Virus record (IMG/VR): IMGVR_UViG_2585427748_000017
Coordinates: 1 to 9,677 of that record
Strand: one strand, 5' to 3'
From: a virus
Taxonomy: Duplodnaviria > Heunggongvirae > Uroviricota > Caudoviricetes
DNA: 9,677 bases
Shown: positions 6,037 through 9,677 of the stretch, one piece after another
Layout of the letters: each line of letters begins with the position of its first letter
Position numbering within the stretch: the stretch's first letter is position 1
Position numbers and translations under genes: made by a program
The notes under the pieces: model-generated
The model's input: only the letters and a program-made list of their open reading frames with translations
Told to the model about the DNA's origin: nothing
The model's database searches: none

Positions 6037-7759
6037 TCTTTCACACATTATTGCCGCAGCATTCAATGAACCGCTGCTTCTGGAGCCCGCCTATGCGCGG
6101 GTTTTCTTTTGCGCGCTGGGGCGCGAGATGGGGGCAGCAAGTCTTTCGGTACCGCAACAGCAGGTACAGCTTGATGCTCCCGGAATGCTGGCTGAAACGG
6201 ACGAGTACATGGCCGGAGGTAAACGACCTGCCCGTGTTTACCGGGTGGTGAACGGTATTGCGGTACTGCCGATGAGCGGCACGCTGGTGCACCGGCTGGG
6301 GGGGATGCGGCCATTTTCCGGAATGACTGGCTATGACGGCATTGTCGCCTGTCTTCAGCAGGCAATGGCAGATAGCCAGGTGCGGGGCATACTGCTGGAC
6401 ATTGACAGTCCGGGCGGGCAGGCCGCCGGCGCGTTTGACTGCGCTGACATGATTTACCGCCTCCGTCAGCAGAAGCCGGTCTGGGCACTGTGCAATGACA
6501 CGGCCTGTTCTGCAGCCATGCTGCTGGCGTCGGCCTGCTCCCGACGGCTGGTTACCCAGACATCCCGTATCGGCTCCATTGGCGTGATGATGAGCCATGT
6601 CAGCTATGCCGGTCATCTGGCGCAGGCCGGTGTGGATATCACGCTGATTTATGCCGGGGCGCACAAGGTGGATGGCAATCAGTTTGAAGCGTTGCCGGCA
6701 GAGGTTCGCCAGGATATGCAGCAGCGGATTGATGCGGCGCACCGGATGTTTGCCGAAAAAGTGGCGATGTATACCGGGTTGTCTGTGGATGCGGTCACGG
6801 GAACAGAGGCCGCCGTTTTTGAAGGTCAGTCCGGCATTGAGGCCGGGCTGGCGGATGAATTAATCAATGCGTCGGATGCCATCAGTGTGATGGCCACGGC
6901 GCTGAACAGTAATGTCAGAGGAGGCACTATGCCGCAATTAACTGCAACGGAAGCCGCCGTGCAGGAGAACCAGCGAGTGATGGGGATCCTGACATGCCAG
7001 GAAGCGAAAGGACGTGAACAGCTTGCCACGATGCTGGCAGGGCAACAGGGCATGAGCGTTGAACAGGCCCGGGCGATTCTGGCCGCGGCGGCACCGCAGC
7101 AGCCGGTGGCATCCGCGCAGAGTGAAGCCGATCGCATTATGGCGTGTGAAGAAGCGAACGGTCGTGAACAACTGGCAGTAACGCTGGCGGCGATGCCGGA
7201 GATGACGGTGGAAAAAGCCCGCCCGATCCTGGCTGCTTCACCGCAGGCGAATGCCGGACCATCACTCCGTGATCAGATCATGGCCCTGGATGAGGCAAAA
7301 GGGGCTGAGGCGCAGGCTGAACAGCTGGCTGCCTGCCCGGGAATGACCGTGGAGAGCGCCCGGGCTGTGCTGGCTGCGGGATCAGGTACGGGGTCTGCCG
7401 GTGATCATACTCATGGTAATGGTATTCGTTGGCCAGGAGGCGGCGGTTCTGCGTTAGCATTTTATGATGGCGGTGGGTTCACTTATGTCCAGGATTCACA
7501 GTATCAAGTAAGCCCGGGGACTTCTTCCCGTAGATCGTATTATCAACGTATTCAGACACAGTCAGCAGGTGCTCATACCCACTCGCTGTCTGGTACTGCA
7601 GCAAGTTCTGGCGCACATGCACATACTGTAGGTATTGGTGCGCATACGCACTCCGTTGCGATTGGTTCACATGGACACACCATCACCGTTAACGCTGCTG
7701 GTAACGCGGAAAACACCGTCAAAAACATCGCATTTAACTATATTGTGAGGCTTGCATAA
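6026..7759 (+). CDS. C: chimeric ORF: gpC-like prohead protease (S49/SppA-type) with Nu3-like scaffold region, fused in frame near 7380-7400 to a side-tail-fibre (Stf-like) C-terminal His-box domain; likely a deletion remnant
   Basis: First approx 450 aa align with lambda gpC ([105 protein letters not shown], then the IMGIL..EA.GRE module). The last approx 125 aa (GDHTHGNG...[10 protein letters not shown]...[28 protein letters not shown]...[16 protein letters not shown]) carry repeated HxH motifs and the ending typical of lambdoid tail-fibre C-termini; the stop overlaps the tfa start (TAATG). GC content falls at the junction. The start is GTG 6026 (GAGGAG 10 nt upstream) overlapping the B stop; exact start uncertain. 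Confidence 0.75.
   Translation: MRRNLSHIIAAAFNEPLLLEPAYARVFFCALGREMGAASLSVPQQQVQLDAPGMLAETDEYMAGGKRPARVYRVVNGIAVLPMSGTLVHRLGGMRPFSGMTGYDGIVACLQQAMADSQVRGILLDIDSPGGQAAGAFDCADMIYRLRQQKPVWALCNDTACSAAMLLASACSRRLVTQTSRIGSIGVMMSHVSYAGHLAQAGVDITLIYAGAHKVDGNQFEALPAEVRQDMQQRIDAAHRMFAEKVAMYTGLSVDAVTGTEAAVFEGQSGIEAGLADELINASDAISVMATALNSNVRGGTMPQLTATEAAVQENQRVMGILTCQEAKGREQLATMLAGQQGMSVEQARAILAAAAPQQPVASAQSEADRIMACEEANGREQLAVTLAAMPEMTVEKARPILAASPQANAGPSLRDQIMALDEAKGAEAQAEQLAACPGMTVESARAVLAAGSGTGSAGDHTHGNGIRWPGGGGSALAFYDGGGFTYVQDSQYQVSPGTSSRRSYYQRIQTQSAGAHTHSLSGTAASSGAHAHTVGIGAHTHSVAIGSHGHTITVNAAGNAENTVKNIAFNYIVRLA
6929..7759 (+). CDS. nu3: nested in-frame internal start corresponding to lambda Nu3 scaffolding protein (here continuing into the fused tail-fibre domain)
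   Basis: In-frame ATG 6929-6931 preceded by GAGGAGG (6918-6924) that is itself coding (R-G-G-T-M); this mirrors the lambda C/Nu3 arrangement (…SGGRM TKETQ…), where Nu3 starts inside C in the same frame. Expression not verifiable from sequence. Confidence 0.4.
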   Translation: MPQLTATEAAVQENQRVMGILTCQEAKGREQLATMLAGQQGMSVEQARAILAAAAPQQPVASAQSEADRIMACEEANGREQLAVTLAAMPEMTVEKARPILAASPQANAGPSLRDQIMALDEAKGAEAQAEQLAACPGMTVESARAVLAAGSGTGSAGDHTHGNGIRWPGGGGSALAFYDGGGFTYVQDSQYQVSPGTSSRRSYYQRIQTQSAGAHTHSLSGTAASSGAHAHTVGIGAHTHSVAIGSHGHTITVNAAGNAENTVKNIAFNYIVRLA

Positions 7760-8343
7760 TGGCATTCAGAATGAGTGAACAAGCACGGACCATAAAAATT
7801 TATAATCTGCTGGCCGGAACTAATGAATTTATTGGTGAAGGTGACGCATATATTCCGCCTCATACAGGTCTGCCAGCAAACAGTACCGATATTGCACCAC
7901 CAGATATTCCTGCTGGCTTTGTGGCTGTTTTCAACAGTGATGAGGCATCGTGGCATCTCGTTGAAGACCATCGGGGTAAAACGGTTTATGACGTAGCGTC
8001 AGGGGACGAGTTATTTATTTCTGAACTCGGTCCGTTACCGGAAAATGTTACCTGGTTATCGCCGGAAGGGGAGTTTCAGAAGTGGAACGGCACAGCCTGG
8101 GTGAAGGATACGGAAGCAGAAAAAATGTTCCGGATCCGGGAGGCGGAAGAAACAAAAAACAACCTGATGCAGGTAGCCAGTGAGCATATTGCGCCGCTTC
8201 AGGATGCTGCAGATCTGGAAATTGCAACGGAGGAAGAAACCTCATTGCTGGAAGCCTGGAAAAAGTATCGGGTGTTGCTGAACCGTGTTGATACATCAAC
8301 TGCACCTGATATTGAGTGGCCTACGAACCCTGTCAGGGAGTAA
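7759..8343 (+). CDS. tfa: tail fibre assembly protein (Tfa; lambda Tfa / Mu U / T4 gp38 family)
   Basis: 194-aa [54 protein letters not shown]...[42 protein letters not shown], which I recognise as the Tfa proteins of E. coli lambdoid prophages. The start overlaps the upstream tail-fibre stop (TAATG), the usual stf-tfa coupling. Confidence 0.85.
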   Translation: MAFRMSEQARTIKIYNLLAGTNEFIGEGDAYIPPHTGLPANSTDIAPPDIPAGFVAVFNSDEASWHLVEDHRGKTVYDVASGDELFISELGPLPENVTWLSPEGEFQKWNGTAWVKDTEAEKMFRIREAEETKNNLMQVASEHIAPLQDAADLEIATEEETSLLEAWKKYRVLLNRVDTSTAPDIEWPTNPVRE

Positions 8344-8391
8344 TCATTGGGATTATGCCGCAGCACGTCTTAAGCAAGAACGTGCTGCGGT
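8178..8391 (+). repeat. direct repeat copy A (tfa 3' end plus downstream hairpin); partner at 9227-9441
   Basis: By eye about 210 bp align between 8178-8391 and 9227-9441 at an offset of about 1049 bp with most positions identical, including the stop codon, TCATTGGGATTATGCCGCAG and the ACGTGCTGCGGTT hairpin arm. Exact identity not computed. Confidence 0.8.
8358..8390. other. perfect 11-bp inverted repeat (CCGCAGCACGT / ACGTGCTGCGG) with 11-nt loop, 15 nt after the tfa stop and 8 nt beyond the convergent methyltransferase stop; possible bidirectional terminator or recombination/junction element
   Basis: Left arm 8358-8368 and right arm 8380-8390 are exact reverse complements. A T6 run follows after a 10-nt gap on the + strand, so this is not a textbook intrinsic terminator. 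A near-identical copy with a 1-nt bulge occurs after the second tfa copy (9407-9440). Confidence 0.3.
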
Positions 8392-8397
8392 TGGATG

Positions 8398-9066
8398 CTA
8401 TTTTTTCCCTGAAGCGGAAAACATTACTACAGTACCTTGAACCTTGGTTTTAACATTCTCGAAATGCTCTGAGAGTATATGTGTTAAGCCTTCTTCGGAA
8501 TCTTTTGTGTTTGAAAAGATGCCTTTCTGATTGTAAATGCGCATCAGTTTTTGACCGAAGCTATTGTGCACAACTCCATCGCCAAGAATTGTGGCTCCGT
8601 ATAGAGTTCCATCGTCAGTTAAGGCCTGCGCCGCATTGCGTATTACACAGCTTTTTGTAGATATATTTCCAGGCAGGCAGTGAAGAAGGTAAAACATGGA
8701 AATGGAATCAAATTGACCATGTAACGCCGCGGGATAAGGTTCAAAAACATCATGGCTAATTTTATGTTTAATTTTTGATTCCCCAGCCCTTGTAGATGCC
8801 GCGTTCAGGCTAGCTTCGTTCAAATCCATTAAAGATATCAGACTACTCTCAGGTACGTGAGTAAGGTAAAACCCAGTTCCAACACCAATATCCAGATGGT
8901 TGTTACCTACATGTTCCAGAAAGTGTGGAAGAAGGTGTTCCTTTGTAGGACATCCCCATGCAAGCCGATTTGATACTCCCAAAACCCACCAGTCATAAAG
9001 CTTTAGGGTAAGTGGTGTGTAAATTTTAGCCCCATCATCTGTGTTTTTTTTCATTGATTTCACCAT
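8398..9066 (-). CDS. ybcY: class I SAM-dependent methyltransferase (Rossmann fold), YbcY-like prophage moron
   Basis: 222-aa minus-strand ORF with methyltransferase motif I LDIGVGTGFY, an acidic residue ending the next strand (SLMDLNE) and a motif II-like FDSISMFYLLHCLPG. No DPPY/NPPY motif, so not obviously a DNA N6-adenine methyltransferase. Visibly more AT-rich than the flanking tfa and head genes. The position between two tfa copies on the opposite strand matches tfaD-ybcY-tfaX in DLP12 as I recall it. The start may be the second ATG (9054, MKKNTDD) rather than 9066. Confidence 0.7.
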   Translation of the reverse strand: MVKSMKKNTDDGAKIYTPLTLKLYDWWVLGVSNRLAWGCPTKEHLLPHFLEHVGNNHLDIGVGTGFYLTHVPESSLISLMDLNEASLNAASTRAGESKIKHKISHDVFEPYPAALHGQFDSISMFYLLHCLPGNISTKSCVIRNAAQALTDDGTLYGATILGDGVVHNSFGQKLMRIYNQKGIFSNTKDSEEGLTHILSEHFENVKTKVQGTVVMFSASGKK

Positions 9067-9122
9067 GTTATAGTTTTATTTGTGAATTAAATCAATTATG
9101 GCGATGAATTACAAGGGGTTAA

Positions 9123-9392
9123 ATGCTGCCGCAGCATAGCGATATTGAAATAGCCTGGTATGCTTCGATACAGCAGGAGCCGAATGGCTGGAAGACCGTC
9201 ACCACACAGTTCTACATCCAGGAATTCAGTGAGTATATTGCGCCACTGCAGGATGCTGTAGATCTGGAAATCGCAACGGAGGAAGAAAGATCGTTGCTGG
9301 AGGCATGGAATAAATATCGGGTATTGTTGAATCGTGTTGATACATCAACTGCACCTGATATTGAGTGGCCTGCAAATCCTGTCAGGGAGTAA
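9123..9392 (+). CDS. tfaX: truncated tail fibre assembly protein copy (TfaX-like; C-terminal Tfa domain with unrelated 35-aa N-terminus)
   Basis: 89-aa ORF; the C-terminal 54 aa ([54 protein letters not shown]) are near-identical to the C-terminus of the 7759-8343 Tfa, while the N-terminus [35 protein letters not shown] is different. ATG 9123 with AAGGGG 4 nt upstream. Probably a remnant of a second tail-fibre cassette. Confidence 0.65.
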   Translation: MLPQHSDIEIAWYASIQQEPNGWKTVTTQFYIQEFSEYIAPLQDAVDLEIATEEERSLLEAWNKYRVLLNRVDTSTAPDIEWPANPVRE

Positions 9393-9441
9393 TCATTGGG
9401 ATTATGCCGCAGACACGTCGTATGCAGGAACGTGCTGCGGT
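9227..9441 (+). repeat. direct repeat copy B (tfaX 3' end plus downstream hairpin); partner at 8178-8391
   Basis: See copy A. The two copies bracket the opposite-strand methyltransferase gene. Confidence 0.8.
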
Positions 9442-9506
9442 TAGTTTGTGAGCTTTCGATAGTGGTTGTTATTTTTGCCCTTATTTGTTCCGGAGGCCAT
9501 GGTTCA

Positions 9507-9677
9507 ATGGTCCGTCTGCCCCCTGTGGTGATGTCAGCAAAATCAGCCACTGCGCGAACCACAATAGCCCGGGAAGATGCTGAAGATCACCAGGTAAAGC
9601 TATCAGCGCAGAAACTGGAAGAACTGCTCGCATCAATGGTTAAGGATGAGGTTGATCGCAATGATGGGATTTATTGA
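9507..9677 (+). CDS. hypothetical small protein (56 aa), charged and probably helical
   Basis: ATG 9507 with GGAGG (9493-9497) 9 nt upstream; translation MVRLPPVVMSAKSATARTTIAREDAEDHQVKLSAQKLEELLASMVKDEVDRNDGIY; stop TGA 9675-9677 at the window edge. The longer TTG-initiated ORF in the track (9396) starts inside the tfa repeat and is rejected. No family recognised. Confidence 0.35.
   Translation: MVRLPPVVMSAKSATARTTIAREDAEDHQVKLSAQKLEELLASMVKDEVDRNDGIY

Noticed and set aside
2461-7171. Antisense ORFs inside the terminase, gpW, portal and C genes (e.g. 2779-3480, 4273-4536, 4582-5430, 6041-6742, 6063-6488 on the minus strand)
   Set aside because: They lie opposite strongly supported, lambda-collinear genes in GC-rich DNA where long antisense open frames arise by chance; no start signals or recognisable products.
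7738-8305. Minus-strand ORFs overlapping tfa (7738-7971, 8048-8305)
   Set aside because: Antisense to a well-supported Tfa gene; no recognisable product or translation signals.
8355-8450. Short ORFs starting at the ATG inside the post-tfa element (8355, about 32 codons; 9404, about 15 codons)
   Set aside because: They have no SD, differ in length between the two repeat copies and overlap the hairpin; most likely non-coding.
8398-9066. Restriction-modification system built around the methyltransferase
   Set aside because: No adjacent endonuclease or specificity gene, and the protein lacks the DPPY/NPPY motif expected of an N6-adenine or N4-cytosine DNA methyltransferase.
7759-9441. Gin/Pin/Cin-type invertible tail-fibre segment (as in Mu G segment or e14)
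   Set aside because: The two tfa copies are in direct, not inverted, orientation, no serine invertase gene is present in the window, and I see no gix/hix-like crossover sites.
9396-9506. Long TTG-initiated N-terminal extension of the terminal small ORF
   Set aside because: It starts at TTG inside the tfa repeat/hairpin with no SD; the internal ATG at 9507 has GGAGG at ideal spacing.

Overview
This window reads as a segment of a defective lambdoid prophage of the lambda / DLP12 type from an enterobacterial genome. All assignments rest on reading the six-frame translations against lambda protein sequences and gene order as I recall them; no database search was run. Left to right: the 3' end of an unidentified gene (1-138); the embedded spanin pair Rz/Rz1 (140-607, 360-545); an AT-rich island with a 46-codon hydrophobic ORF and a convergent ylcI-like small protein; a near-canonical lambda cos site (cohesive-end sequence GGGCGGCGACCT at 1623-1634); then a translationally coupled packaging operon Nu1 - A - W - B - C. 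The C gene (prohead protease plus nested Nu3-like scaffold) does not end as in lambda but runs in frame into a His-box tail-fibre C-terminal domain, implying loss of the whole head-shell and tail module (lambda D through J). It is followed by a tail-fibre assembly gene (tfa), an AT-rich opposite-strand class I SAM-methyltransferase gene, a second truncated tfa copy in direct orientation, and a small terminal ORF. I see no CRISPR array, tRNA, integrase, transposase or recognisable multi-gene defence system. The most unusual things are the chimeric C::stf ORF, the repeat-bracketed methyltransferase cassette, a conserved hairpin after each tfa copy, and the retained cos plus terminase plus portal in an otherwise gutted prophage.
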